Counted from the first letter of the stretch, positions 10,688-22,728 are shown. The stretch: DNA of 64,000 bases from Pirellulales bacterium (GCA_963845975.1 CAWJUD010000002.1:781646-845645), one strand, 5' to 3'. Made by a program: numbers and translations. The notes: generated from the sequence alone by a model not told the origin.

Positions 10688-13600
10688 ATGAAAATCAACG
10701 CCCTGGAAATCGACGGTTACGGCATATGGACCGGGCTGCGGATCGAGCGTCTTTCAGACGGGCTAAGCGTGCTTTACGGCGCCAATGAAGCCGGCAAAAC
10801 AACGCTTTTGCAATTCATCCGCTCGATGCTTTACGGATTTTCGCCGGCGCGACGGCGGTATTTTCCCCCTGTCCACGGCAGTAGACCGGGCGGAATAATC
10901 GACGTATCCGGACCGCCCGGCCGGTTCGAAATCTCGCGCCATCTTCAAGACGGCGGTCCCGGCGAGGAGGTCGTGCTCACCGCCCCAGACGGTACCCGGC
11001 AAAGCGAACATGTCGTCAAACTACTGCTCTCGAATATAGACGAGGCGATATTCAACAACGTTTTCGCGGTTGAGCTCAGCGAATTACAGGAACTGGCCAC
11101 GCTGGGAAACACCCAGGCCGCCGAATTGCTCTACAATTTGACCGCCGGGCTGGACCGCATTTCGCTCGTCGATGTGATGCGGGAATTGGCAGCATCGCGG
11201 AACCGCATTCTGGACGCCTGCGGAAAGCCCTCGCAAGTTACGCAGCTTTGGGCCCGAACGGGAAAAACTGCGGTCGGAAATTGAGGAACTCGGAGAGCTT
11301 ACTCGCCGTTTCAGCCATCTGACCGCCCAGCGCAGCCAAATCGACGACGACCTCGCCCGGCTCGAGGAAGAGAAAAACCAGGCCCAACGCCAACTCCGCG
11401 TGGCAGAGCTTGCCTTGGCGCTGCGCGACCGCTGGATGCAGCGCAAGGACGTTCAGGACCAATTGGCCGCCCTGGGACCGCTGCCGCCGGTCGAGGAAGG
11501 CGAAATCGAACGCCTGGACGCCCTGAACGAGCGGCTAAAAAGACATCAACAACGGATCGGCCGCCTGCAAAAACGGCAGGAAGAACTTATTGCCCAGGCC
11601 TCGGCCTTGAAAATCAACGAATCGCTGCGCCGTCAATCCGCCCGGATCGAAGCCTTGCAGGAGCAAGAATCATGGCTTGTCTCGCTGCAAACGCGGATCG
11701 GCGAAATGGATACCGAAATCGCCAATCTGCAAAATGAACTGACAAACCAATGGCAGCGCCTGGGCTTGGACGAAAATACGGCGGGCACGGCGATGCCGGT
11801 CCTTTCCAGCCGGTCGCTCGCCACATTGAAGTCCCCGGCCGGGGCCTTGCGGCGCTGCCGCGCCAAACTCAAGCAGGCAAAACGCGAGCAAGACGAGGCT
11901 GACAAAACGGCCAAATCGCTTGCCCTGCAGATCGAGACCGCGCTCAGCGCCCGTCAAGAACAGGATCTCGGCGCGGCAATGGAAGGCTGGGGAAACCTGG
12001 TTGCACAGTATCGCCGGCGGCTGCAAATCGACGATCGGCTCGATCAATTATCCCGCCACCGGACAGACTTGGAGGAAAAATGCCGCTGGCTTCTCGATCA
12101 TCAACTCCTGCCCGTGGGCGTTTTGGCCGGCTTGGGTACGGCATTTATATTGGGAGTTGTGCTGATACTGGCCGGCCTGTTCATGCCCGTCTCGATTATA
12201 GGCTCGATAGGTTGGGCCCTGGCCGTCTTAGGATTAGCCGGCAGCGGGGCGGCCGTATTGGGGAAATATCTCGTGGAAAAATCCCGTGCCTCGCGCTTGG
12301 ATTCCTGCCAAAAACAACTAAACATGCTCCAGGCGCAGCAGGAGCAGGCAACAACCGAGCGCGAGCAGTTGGATGCCCAGCTCCCGCGCGGCGGCGGGCC
12401 GATGGTCGGCCGTTTGCAAGCGGCGGAACAGGATTTGGCATCCCTCGAAGAACTGGTCCCCTTGGAAACGCGGCGAAATTCCGCCCGGCAGCAGGCAACC
12501 GCAGCCGAATCGCGCATCGCAGAAGCAAAACAAGAGTACAAGTCAAACCGGCGAACTTGGCGCAAGGCATTAGCCGCCGCGGGTCTGCCAAGCAAGATGT
12601 CCGTCCGCCAGGCATGCCTTTTGTCTCAAAATTGGCGACATCCGGCCGAGTTACAGCGCCGCTTGAACCAATTGCGCGAGGAGGTCGAGCGCCGGCGGCA
12701 GGAATGGGACCTGCTCGCGTCGCGCATCGGACAAGTGGCATCCGACGCCGGAGTTGCACTGGATGGCACTGACGCGATGGAACGTCTCAAACAACTCGGG
12801 GCGGCATCGGCTTTGCAAAAAGCCGACGCAGATCAGCGCGAAACCATTCGCGGGCAAATTCGGCGTTTGCGGCTGGGCCGCGCGAAACACGAAGAGGCCG
12901 CCGCCCGCATTAAACATCGCCGCCGGGAATTGTTCTTCCAGGCCGGAGCCGAAGATGAGACGGAGTTCCGCCGTCGAGCCCTGCAACACACCCGCGCCAA
13001 TGCGCTGCTCAGGGAACGAAACATCCTCAGCGAAGACATAGCCGCGGCAATCGGGAATCAATGTTCCGAAGAGGCCATCGGCATGCAAATCGAGAAGGCA
13101 TCGGCCGGGGGACTTGAGGCTTTAGGCATGGCAACCAAGGAGCGCCTGGCGGCGGTGGAAACACAAATCCGCCAGCGCATGGAAAAACGGGGGGAAATCT
13201 CGGCAAATATACAAAGTCTGGCCCAGGATCGGCAATTGCCCCTCAAACGGCTGGAATTGGCCATGCTCGAAAAAAGGCTGGAAGTGGCGCTCGATCGCTG
13301 GCAAGTATTGGCGGCCGCGTGCGGGATTTTAGAGCATATTCGTTCGGTCTACGAAAGCCAGCGCCAGCCCGAAACCCTGCAAGAGGCCTCCGGATACCTT
13401 CATCGCTTGACTCAAGGGCGATACCGCCGCGTATGGACGCCGCTTGGAGAAAATACGCTCCGCGTGGACGACGCCGAAGGCCGCTCCATGCCGGTGGAAA
13501 TCCTCAGCCGCGGCACGCGCGAACAATTGTTCCTCAGCCTGCGCATGGCCTTGGCCGCCGGTTATGCCAGGCGGGGCGCGGCATTGCCGATGGTGCTCGA

Positions 13601-14162
13601 CGACGTGCTTGTAAACTTCGACACCGACCGGGCCGCCGCGGCCGCCGCCGTATTGCGCGATTTCGCCGCCGCCGGACATCAACTCCTTGTATTTACCTGT
13701 CACCAACATATTTCAAATATATTTGCATCGCTTGGCGTGCCGATCGGCTCTCTGCCATGCGGCGCCGACGCCGGCCCCGCTCTGATTTCTTTTGAAATTG
13801 CCGGGGAAAGGGCGGAAAAAGCGGAGGCCGAAGTCAAACGACCCCGCAATCGTCCGTCCAACAGGCGAAAAACATCCCACAAAGTCAAAACGCTTCCTGA
13901 AGAAGCTGAATTGCCGCCCATACCGGCCGATGGAAACCCAGCCCTTGAAAAACAGGCAACGAAACACAAACCAACACAGATCGTCACACCCAACACCAAA
14001 ACGCACGACGTGTTCGACGCCGACTTTTTCGATTTCACGGAAAACGTCGAAATGGAAGGGCCCGCATCTGATCACGATCAATTACTGTGGGAAAATAATC
14101 CAGACGAGAATGACGAATTTTACCCGTTCAACGACGATGACGACAGCGCTGAAGCGGCGTAG
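10688..14162 (+). CDS. SbcC/YhaN-like AAA ATPase with coiled coils, a central two-helix transmembrane segment and an acidic disordered tail; one frameshift near 11250
   Basis: Walker A GANEAGKTTLL at N-terminus; C-terminal LVLDDVLVNFD D-loop/Walker B; frames 2 and 0 join at gggaaaaactg (A5 homopolymer). Confidence 0.7.
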
Positions 14163-14242
14163 ATGCAAATAGCCGTTGATCTTCAAAAATCGACGCCGCT
14201 AGCCTGCACTTAACGACCGCCCGAAAAGGAGATTGCCAAGCA

Positions 14243-15226
14243 TTGATCGCACCACTTAATTACGAACCTGCGACAAACATTTATGCGGAACCAAGACCCG
14301 TCTTGGAAAATACAAATTGCCCGATGTGCGGAAGCAATCGAACATCATTAGTCGTGGCCGCACCGGACAGGGAGGGGCCGCCGCCGCAACCGAGTTTTAC
14401 CGTAGTCCGTTGTTGCGAGTGCGATTTGTGTTACACGAATCCGCGACCATCTCCGGCCGAAATCGGGCGGTTTTATTACGATGACTATGCCCCGCACCAG
14501 GCGCCTCAAACCCCGCCGAAAACTCCGAAGTCCCGCCATAAATGGCGGCCAAGGATTCTCGGCAAAAAACGACCGAATTGGGAACGCGGCGAGATCGATC
14601 CGGCGGGCCAGTGCCGTTTGCTCGATTTCGGCTGCGGCACAGGGCTGTTTTTGCAGCGCATGCACGATCGCGGCTGGCAGGCGGTGGGCTTGGACCTCTC
14701 GGCCAAAGCGGTGCAATACGTGCGTGAAGAATTAAAACTCCCCGCCTTGGTCGGTACGCTGCCGAATCCGGTTCTGCCGCCGGGCAGTTTCGATCTGGTC
14801 ACGTTTTGGCATGCCTTGGAACACGTGCATCGGCCCCTGGAAGTGCTATGCGAAGTCCACAATTTATTGGCGCCGGGCGGAAAGGTGCTCGTGGCAGTGC
14901 CAAACATCGATAGCGCCCCTTTCCACTGGTTCGGATCGGCCTGGTACGGTCTCGACTTGCCCAGGCATCTGACCCATTTTACCCCGGCGACGTTAAGAAA
15001 AATGCTCGATCTTGCGGGCTTCCAGTTCGAAGCGATGCAAATGGTGCGGCACAGCTATTGGCTGCGACAATCGGCCCAATTAGCAAGTCGCCGCGGCGCA
15101 ATTTCTCCGCCCTTGTCCTTGTTGAAATTCCGCCTCCCCAGCAGCATCATTTCGAAATGGCATCTACTTGCAGGCAAGTCCGACAGTTTTGTCATTATGG
15201 CCCAAAAGGCCGCCACGAATAATTAG
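14243..15226 (+). CDS. Class I SAM-dependent methyltransferase with N-terminal zinc-ribbon
   Basis: CPMCGS...CCECDLC zinc ribbon followed by LLDFGCGTGLF SAM-binding motif I. Confidence 0.7.
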   Translation: MIAPLNYEPATNIYAEPRPVLENTNCPMCGSNRTSLVVAAPDREGPPPQPSFTVVRCCECDLCYTNPRPSPAEIGRFYYDDYAPHQAPQTPPKTPKSRHKWRPRILGKKRPNWERGEIDPAGQCRLLDFGCGTGLFLQRMHDRGWQAVGLDLSAKAVQYVREELKLPALVGTLPNPVLPPGSFDLVTFWHALEHVHRPLEVLCEVHNLLAPGGKVLVAVPNIDSAPFHWFGSAWYGLDLPRHLTHFTPATLRKMLDLAGFQFEAMQMVRHSYWLRQSAQLASRRGAISPPLSLLKFRLPSSIISKWHLLAGKSDSFVIMAQKAATNN

Positions 15227-15344
15227 AGCCTATCCCAAAGTCCCCTCTGCCTTTGGGAGACGGCTAGGGTGAGGGCTGAATCGCCGTGAATTCGTAGTTC
15301 CAATCTCTTGCTGTGATTGAAGTTTTATGTTTTTGGATAGGTTC
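15226..15344. mobile_element. MITE-like element, inverted copy of 5775-5894
   Basis: gagcctatcccaaag ... ttttggataggttc terminal inverted repeats; about 85% identical to the reverse complement of the 5775 copy. Confidence 0.6.
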
Positions 15345-15355
15345 TTAGTCTAAGA

Positions 15356-15943
15356 TTATTTAGAAAGCGACGCCCGGTAACGGCGGCGAAGATCGGCGAA
15401 GATCCAAGTCAAATAGGCATTGCCGCCTAAAGAAGCAAACAAACCCAGCGACACCAGGATAAAAGGCATCCAGGGCTTGGCCGGTTCATCTTTTTTTGCC
15501 TCGGACCGATTTTGTGGAGTCGCCTCGGACTTGGTGGAGCCATCGGCCGGTTCATTGAAGACAGTTCTGGCAGTCAGGGGTTTCATGGCCGGATCTGGTA
15601 TAAGCGTACGGGGAAAGGGAGCTGTTTGCCCCGGCGTTGTCGTTTGGGCCAAGTTTGAAGATGGCATCCGGGCGTCTTCGGCGGCATTAACCGACTGCGG
15701 CTGCGCCGATTTTGCAGGCGGACCGATCCGCTGCGGTTTCTCCGTGCCCAAGTAGAATCTAAAAGAACGTACGTCGCCCGCACCGGGTAGAATGTCGCTC
15801 TGGATCGGCTCGCCGGCCTTTAAGGCTTCCAAAGATTGAGGGTCGAGTTGGATAATATACTCCATACCCCCCTCCTGCAAGGGTTGCCAGCCGACATTGA
15901 TTCCAACAACTGCCGTGCAAAAACACAGGACATGGGCGAACAT
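15356..15943 (-). CDS. Hypothetical membrane protein (Pro/Thr-rich linker, C-terminal TM helix)
   Basis: ORF only; true start may be the internal MEYIIQ. Confidence 0.4.
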   Translation of the reverse strand: MFAHVLCFCTAVVGINVGWQPLQEGGMEYIIQLDPQSLEALKAGEPIQSDILPGAGDVRSFRFYLGTEKPQRIGPPAKSAQPQSVNAAEDARMPSSNLAQTTTPGQTAPFPRTLIPDPAMKPLTARTVFNEPADGSTKSEATPQNRSEAKKDEPAKPWMPFILVSLGLFASLGGNAYLTWIFADLRRRYRASLSK

Positions 15944-16209
15944 CGCAATATCCTCCGGGTTTATAAGAGCGGGGAAAAAATCGGCTTCCCTCGCGGCTTG
16001 CCATGCGACGGGATGGAATTCCTTCTGGGACGAATTACAAATTCGTCTTACATGCGTCTACTTCATGTTAACTTGCCATATGCTGTTAAGTAAAGACGAA
16101 TTGATAATCCCGTCAAAGGATGATATGCTGCCGAAAAACACGACAAATATCTTGATATAAACGGCAACACCCGCGCTTAACATTCGCGTATTTATAAAAT
16201 CAAAGGTTC

Positions 16210-17043
16210 TTGGTACTCATGAATAGGGCCTTGTGGCGAAAGGCGTTTTCGGACGTATGGGTGCAGTTGCTCATCAGCAGTCTGATTCTTGCCGGGTTTA
16301 GCTGGCTTTTTTTGTGGCTTATAAGCATGTTCAAGGCCGATCTGGCCTTTGCCCTGCTTAGGGCGATGCCGGGATTCTTTCAACGCATGTTGGGCATACC
16401 TCTATCCGAATTAGTCACTCCCGCCGGCGCCATCAGTTTGATTTTCGTGCACGTAGTGACTCTGCTGGTTTGTGTGGGCTGGGCGGTGGGACGCGGATCG
16501 GACACTATCTGCGGCGAGATCGGCCGCGGCACCATGGATCTGCTGGTCTCGCTGCCGGTATGGCGGTCCAGTTTAATCCTGGTTCCCGCAGTCGCGGCGA
16601 CTTTGGGGGCGGCCGTGCTGCCGGCCTCGATTATGCTGGGAATCGCCTTGGGCCTGAAAACCGTGGGTTTTCCCCAAGATGTCGTGCTTTTACAGTTCAC
16701 GCCCGGGGCAATCAATCTGTTCTCCATGATTTTCTGCCTCACGGCGATTACCACCTTGCTATCATCGCTCAATCGCGATCGCTGGCGCACAATCGCCATG
16801 GCAGTGGGCTTTTATGTGATCTCCTTGATCATCGAAGCCGTCGCCCGGCTTTGGCCCGCCGGGGCCTGGCTGCATTATTGTACTTTTTTAAGCGTTTTCC
16901 AGCCTCAGGAATTGATTCTTCTGCGGGGAAAGTCCCCGGGAATGCAACTAAGTTACAACGCGGTGTTGCTGGGGATCGGCTTGCTTAGTTACACGGCCGG
17001 AATCGCGATCTTTTCCCGCCGCGACATCCCCGTGGCAAGATGA
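16210..17043 (+). CDS. Polytopic membrane protein, ABC-2-type transporter permease-like
   Basis: 277 aa with about six hydrophobic helices. Confidence 0.45.
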   Translation: MVLMNRALWRKAFSDVWVQLLISSLILAGFSWLFLWLISMFKADLAFALLRAMPGFFQRMLGIPLSELVTPAGAISLIFVHVVTLLVCVGWAVGRGSDTICGEIGRGTMDLLVSLPVWRSSLILVPAVAATLGAAVLPASIMLGIALGLKTVGFPQDVVLLQFTPGAINLFSMIFCLTAITTLLSSLNRDRWRTIAMAVGFYVISLIIEAVARLWPAGAWLHYCTFLSVFQPQELILLRGKSPGMQLSYNAVLLGIGLLSYTAGIAIFSRRDIPVAR

Positions 17044-17094
17044 GACAAGCGGCAGTCGTTCAGCGATGGGTTTTGACCTATCCGATAATTTCTG

Positions 17095-20000
17095 CTACTG
17101 CGTTTTTTCGTGGACTTGAAGCACTACCGGCAGTTCTACGCTGATTGAAGTGCCTGAACCGGGGGCGGATTGGATTTCTGCCCGGCCGCCCAACAGGCGG
17201 GCCCGCTCGCGAATGCTCCGCAGACCGAAGCGCGTTTCCTCGACCGCGTTCGGATCAAAACCGACGCCTTGGTCTTGGATCTTGATATGCAATCGATCGT
17301 CGCGCTGGATTAGTTCCACAACGACGATAGGGCTCCGGCTGTGACGGCATGCATTGGCGACAGCCTCTTGGACGATGCGAAACGCGGCGCTTTCCAGCGG
17401 CGGCGCCAATCGTTTAAACCGCACGTCGTGATGAAAATCGATCTGCATCCCGCTGCGCTCCCTATTCTCGCACACGAGATAATCGATCGCCTCGACAATG
17501 CCGTACTCATCCAGGATCAAAGGCCGCAATCCGCTGATCAAGCGCCGCGTTTCATCCACGCTTTGGCCTATCAATTTCAAGGCGATTTCCAGGGATTTTT
17601 CCGCCGACTTTGTATCGGAATCTCTCATCCGCCGGAAGGCTTCCAAGTGGTATAGCGAGGCCGTAACCTGCTGGGCTATGCCGTCGTGAATTTCATAGGC
17701 CGTTATTTGCCGGTCGCGTTCGTGAAGTTCGATGATCCTTCGCAGCAGTTGCTGTTCCTTTTGAATCGCCTCGGCTGCTTGTTTTTTTTCGGTGATATCC
17801 GTACAGATCACTATCGCGCATCCCCCGGCAATATGATCGATAAAAGGGACAATCCGGCATGACCAATGATGGTCGAACACATCGAAAGAGTCCGCTTCCT
17901 GGACCGTACAAGTGGATATGGCCCTGTAAAAGGCCTCGCGGCATTGCTGTTGATGGGAAGCACGAATAAAGCCGAATCCATCCATGCCTACCATCGTCTC
18001 TTTGGTTGCTCCCGGCGCATCGCGGTTGGCAAAAAGGATTTTTGCGTTTTGGTCGACAAGAATTATGAAATCGGGAAGATTCCCGAACAAACCGCGGAGC
18101 AAGGCCTCGTTTTTCCGCAATTGTTCTTCGGCTTGTTTGCGATCGGTAATGTTCTCGATAATGCCGATGCCGTACAGGGGTGCGCCCTCCGCGTCGCGTA
18201 TTATAGAGATATTGAGCCGGCCCCAGATAATGCCGCCATTCTTGTGAATGTACCGTTTTTCCAATAAGAACTTATCATGCTGGCCTCTAAACAGTTCGTC
18301 TAGAAGTGTTTGTTGGACGCCGACATCCTCGGGGTGGGTGTATTCAGAGTATCTTTTGCCGACCAATTCCTCCGGTGCATAACCCAGCATTTTTGCAAAC
18401 GTGTTGTTGACCACCAGCATTGTTCCCTGCAAATTGCCCAAGGCCAAACCTGTCGCGGCGCTTTCGAATATCGCGCGAAATCGCGATTCGCTTTCATACA
18501 GCGCCAACCGGGCATGATGGCGTTCGCTGAGGTCCCGGGCAATCCCGAATAACGCCTCGATCTCTCCCCATTTGCCGTGGGCCATAATGATTTCCACGGG
18601 AATTTGGCGCCGTCCTTCGCCAGTAAAGGGATATCGCATACTGAAGCCTCCCCGGCCAAGACTCTTCGAAAATAAGTCAAGCACTTCTTGACGCCGCTGG
18701 GGCGGATGAAAATCCGCGACTTCCATATTCGCTAGTTCCGCCGGAGCGTATCCCAGGCGCTTGCCGACCAAATTATTGGCGTATAACAAGCGTCCCGTTT
18801 TATCCATGACAAAGATCATGTCCTGCAGCGAATCGAACAAGGATTGCAAGTTTTGCTGGCCGATTTGTCTTGCCGATTCGGCCACCGCCCGCGCCACGCC
18901 GCCGCCAATTTGCAGGGTTATGGCTTCGATGGCGCACCGAGCGCTAAGCAAAATAGTTTTGTGCGTGTGGGAACCGAGATTCAACGTCCCTATTATTCGT
19001 TCTTGATACGTAATGGGAGCAATCGCTCCTGCTATTATTCCCGCCTTTTCAAAGCCCGGCCTGCTCGAATGCCGGATCATTTTAGTGCTTAAATACAAAG
19101 GCTTCCCCTGCATCATGTATTGCATTTGGGGTTCTTCCAAAGCATATTGTGAAACGGATTGGATAAGCCAATCAGGAAGCCTTATCGAGGCGGCAAGTTC
19201 GAATTTCCGCGAAGCATCGTTAAAAAGATAGATTCCGCCGCAATCCACGCCCTCGATCTGCATTGCCGCGTTGAGGACTTCGTTTAACGTTGTTCGAAGA
19301 TCGAACGTATTTGACAGTTGTAAAGCAAGATTGTATTGAATTCTCAGCAAATTAGGGTCTTTTATCGATGCCGATATGTCTTGAATCGTGCCTTCGAAAT
19401 AGAGAAAATTGCCGGCATCGTCGAATACCCGCCGCCAATTCATTCGTATGGCTATCGGCCTCCCGTCACGGTGCTTACAAAAAAAATCGTGGGTTTTATT
19501 CTCCGTCGAAAGTTCGGTCAACAATTTGATTCGCATCAAAGGATCTACGTAAAAATCCCGGGGAATGTCAATCTGCATCAATTCTTCCCGCGATTCATAC
19601 CCCAGTATTTCCACCAGACACTGATCGACCTCGAGAACCTTCCCCTCCAAGCTGCTGCGAAAATAACCCTTGGGCGCGTCTTTAAAAGAAATTCCATTAT
19701 TTTTTTGCCCAATGCACGGCCCTTGGATCGCCGCGGGATTGGAGGATGTCGAAACGCGAAACTCGGCCAATGCCAGGCGAAATTCGAGTTCGGCTTTGTT
19801 ATTCGGATCGCTCAGGAAATCGTCGACCCCCGCCGCTAAAAGCGCCTGAATCTTATCGCGCCCAGGCACAGCGCCGCAGACCAAAATCTGTAGCGGCTTC
19901 GCCCCCCAGCAGGCGCGTAGTTGCCGGCATATTTCAATTGCCTCTTCGTTAAATTCGCCAATGCCCACGAAAGCCAGCGAACAATCCGCTTGTTCGAGGG

Positions 20001-20115
20001 CAGGACCGATCTTTCGACAATCATTGATGACCGAAAATGTATGGCCTCGCCGAACCAGTAATTCGCGCAAGCACTTTTCCCATTGAGCAACGACAGTTAT
20101 AAGAAGAGAATTCAT
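17095..20115 (-). CDS. Multi-sensor signal-transduction histidine kinase (receiver-like N-domain, several PAS, GAF, HisKA_3, HATPase_c)
   Basis: 1006 aa; YEIHDGIAQQ HisKA_3 H-box; C-terminal GGRAEIQSAPGSGTS ATPase G2 box. Confidence 0.8.
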   Translation of the reverse strand: MNSLLITVVAQWEKCLRELLVRRGHTFSVINDCRKIGPALEQADCSLAFVGIGEFNEEAIEICRQLRACWGAKPLQILVCGAVPGRDKIQALLAAGVDDFLSDPNNKAELEFRLALAEFRVSTSSNPAAIQGPCIGQKNNGISFKDAPKGYFRSSLEGKVLEVDQCLVEILGYESREELMQIDIPRDFYVDPLMRIKLLTELSTENKTHDFFCKHRDGRPIAIRMNWRRVFDDAGNFLYFEGTIQDISASIKDPNLLRIQYNLALQLSNTFDLRTTLNEVLNAAMQIEGVDCGGIYLFNDASRKFELAASIRLPDWLIQSVSQYALEEPQMQYMMQGKPLYLSTKMIRHSSRPGFEKAGIIAGAIAPITYQERIIGTLNLGSHTHKTILLSARCAIEAITLQIGGGVARAVAESARQIGQQNLQSLFDSLQDMIFVMDKTGRLLYANNLVGKRLGYAPAELANMEVADFHPPQRRQEVLDLFSKSLGRGGFSMRYPFTGEGRRQIPVEIIMAHGKWGEIEALFGIARDLSERHHARLALYESESRFRAIFESAATGLALGNLQGTMLVVNNTFAKMLGYAPEELVGKRYSEYTHPEDVGVQQTLLDELFRGQHDKFLLEKRYIHKNGGIIWGRLNISIIRDAEGAPLYGIGIIENITDRKQAEEQLRKNEALLRGLFGNLPDFIILVDQNAKILFANRDAPGATKETMVGMDGFGFIRASHQQQCREAFYRAISTCTVQEADSFDVFDHHWSCRIVPFIDHIAGGCAIVICTDITEKKQAAEAIQKEQQLLRRIIELHERDRQITAYEIHDGIAQQVTASLYHLEAFRRMRDSDTKSAEKSLEIALKLIGQSVDETRRLISGLRPLILDEYGIVEAIDYLVCENRERSGMQIDFHHDVRFKRLAPPLESAAFRIVQEAVANACRHSRSPIVVVELIQRDDRLHIKIQDQGVGFDPNAVEETRFGLRSIRERARLLGGRAEIQSAPGSGTSISVELPVVLQVHEKTQ

Positions 20116-20449
20116 GATGAATTCCTGCCCAAAAATGGACGCGGCTTTGCTTCCCGATTAAAACATGATCAACCCCCGTAGGATTATCTAGCTAATATTA
20201 ACAAATTAATCTGTAAAAATCACCAGTTAAGTGCCATAATTTTTAGGGGAATACCACTCTTGTGAGTGGCATGTAGTCCAAAACTCAATCCTTGACTTCT
20301 TATTCCGGCGGGTAAACAATTTTGCACTCAATGACTGATAAAAAATCTAACCTTCATTTCGCGCCCGCAATTTTTTCAATTTGGTAACCAGATAGTTAAA
20401 ACGATATAAAATTCTCACTCCAACGGCGGGTTTTTATAGAGATACTTGG

Positions 20450-22122
20450 ATGATTATTGCAATCATTTCCCCACTTGTTATGGCTCCTAAGGTTTCAAAA
20501 TGTATCGCTTTCGCGGTAATTTTCTGCGTGTCCGTCCTGGGAACCATTAACTGTATGGCGGCCAAAGAGCCATCCGCGCCGTTTTTCTCCAAACGCCTGG
20601 CCGTTCAGCCTTTTCCGATCTCGGATTCGTGGATCAATACCGCCCGTCCGATTAAACTCGATCAACTCAAGGGCAAATTCGTGCTTTTGGATTTCTGGAC
20701 CCTGGGATGCATAAACTGCATGCACATCATACCCGAACTAAAAAAAATCGAGGCCGCCTGGCCCGACAACTTGGTTGTTATAGGCGTGCATTCCGCCAAG
20801 TTCCAGGAAGAGAAAAACACCAAAATCATAACACAGGCCGTGTTGCGCTACGGAGTGCAACATCCGGTTATCAATGATTCCGACTTCAGCGTCTGGAAAA
20901 GTTTTGGCATCCAGGCCTGGCCCAGCCTGGTGCTTATCGATCCCGAAGGATACGCCGTGTGGGGTCATAACGGCGAAGTCACATTCGAGCAGCTCAACAG
21001 CCTCCTGAAACCCGCCCTCGCGTATTACCGGAAAATGGGGCTGCTCGATGAAAAACCGCTGGTCTTCGAACCCGAGAGCAAACGGGCGGCCGGCACGCCG
21101 CTTAGTTTTCCGGGCAAGGTGTTGGCCGACGAGGCCGGCAACCGCTTGTTTATCGCCGATTCCGGGCATAACCGCATTGTCATCGCCCGGCTCGATGGTA
21201 CGCTCCTGGATACGATCGGCAAGGGCAGTCGCGGACAGTCCGACGGCGATTATGCCCACGCCCAGTTCAACTCCCCGCAAGGGATGGCGCTAAAAGGCAA
21301 TATGCTTTATGTGGCTGATACCGAAAACCACTTGATACGCAAAATCGATCTGTCAAAGAAACAAGTAACCGCCATTGCCGGCGCCGGGCATCAAAGCCGC
21401 GATGCACCGCCCTTTGCCGAATCGGCAAAGCCCCGAAAAACGGCGTTAAACAGTCCTTGGGCCCTCTGGATTCAAGGAAACATGCTTTTCATTGCCATGG
21501 CTGGATCGCATCAAATATGGAAAATGCCCTTGGACGAGACCTCGATCGGCGTTTATGCAGGCAACGGCGTGGAAGACATTGTCGACGGCCCGCTCGCGCC
21601 CGCAAGGCGTATCAAACAGGTTTTGCCTCGTTTGCGCAGCCCAGCGGGTTGGCCTCCGACGGTATCTGGCTTTACGTAGCCGACGCCGAAGGCAGTTCCA
21701 TCCGCGCCGTTCCCTTCGACCACAACAAAAAAGTCCGAACCGTGGTCGGCACCGCCCATCTGCCCGACGCCAGGCTGTTTACATTCGGCGACGCGGACGG
21801 CCTCGCATATCAAGTTAAATTGCAGCACCCGCTGGGCATAGTCTTTCGCGAAGGCAAGCTGTATATTGCCGACACGTACAATAACAAAATCAAGGTAGTC
21901 GATCCCATTCACGGCGACACGCAAACACTGGCCGGAACCGGAGAGGCCGATTATGGCGAAAATCCGCCCGCCTTCAACAATCCCTCGGGCCTATCGCAGG
22001 CCGGCGGCAAACTCTTCGTGGCCGATACTAATAACCATTTCATTCGCGTGATCGATTTGGATAAGGACAACAAGGTATCGACCTTGGAAATCCCCGGCCT
22101 AAAACCGCCTGAATCATTGTAG
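20450..22122 (+). CDS. Thioredoxin-like (TlpA-type CxxC) fused to NHL-repeat beta-propeller; one frameshift near 21600
   Basis: WTLGCINC CxxC motif; repeated NHL-type FNSPQGMA / LNSPWAL / FASFAQPSGLA / FNNPSGL motifs; ORFs 20450-21679 and 21457-22122 join. Confidence 0.7.
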
Positions 22123-22153
22123 AGAGCAAACACCGAGGTTGTGATTTTTTGTG

Positions 22154-22205
22154 GGGTGCGTGAAACACACCACCTCCTATGAATTTTGGTGCGTTTCACG
22201 CACCC
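22154..22205 (+). terminator. Large perfect hairpin (13-bp stem gggtgcgtgaaac / gtttcacgcaccc) between convergent genes
   Basis: Stem seen directly; weak T-rich tract follows on the + strand. Confidence 0.35.
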
Positions 22206-22248
22206 TGCTTTCTTTCCTGCAACCTTTTCAAGGCCATTGCCTACGGCC

Positions 22249-22728
22249 TCAAGAATGATGGGCCAGCTCTTCGCCCACTTTTTCCATGTCTTTCCGGTAG
22301 AATCGAATCGCTTCGGACGGGCTGAGGTTCAGAATCGCCCGGCCGTCGGTCTCCCAATGATCGCGATCGTATCGAAACACCGCGGTGCCTAGTTGCATGT
22401 TGCCCACCGCATCGCCGTTATTGCGGGCGGCGGAATCGGTATCTTCCATGGCAAGTGCAATGGCCACCAGTGCCGATAGTTCGCCGGTGCCGCGATTGCG
22501 GACGTAAGAAACGTCGTCGGCAAAAGTGCAGTCCGAGCAGCGGGGCGATTCGGGCCTGGCTCGCTTGGACGCCAAGTGCACGAATTTTGCCTCCAGGCGC
22601 TCGCGTTGCGTATGGAAAAACTTCCTGGCCTTGGCAAACTGAACTTCCCTGGACATGGCCCGCACCGGCCGCCATAAACAGATCCAGGCGAAAACCAGCA
22701 CGCCCATCCCGGCTATCCACCACCACAT
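22249..22728 (-). CDS. Hypothetical N-terminally membrane-anchored protein
   Basis: ORF only. Confidence 0.4.
   Translation of the reverse strand: MWWWIAGMGVLVFAWICLWRPVRAMSREVQFAKARKFFHTQRERLEAKFVHLASKRARPESPRCSDCTFADDVSYVRNRGTGELSALVAIALAMEDTDSAARNNGDAVGNMQLGTAVFRYDRDHWETDGRAILNLSPSEAIRFYRKDMEKVGEELAHHS

Noticed and set aside
11614-13088. Long antisense or alternative-frame ORFs inside the YhaN-like gene (for example 12101-12595, 12196-12759, 12651-13088) and inside uvrD, fusA and the EF-G region
   Set aside because: These are typical high-GC frame artefacts with Arg/Ala/Pro-rich low-complexity translations that overlap well-supported genes.
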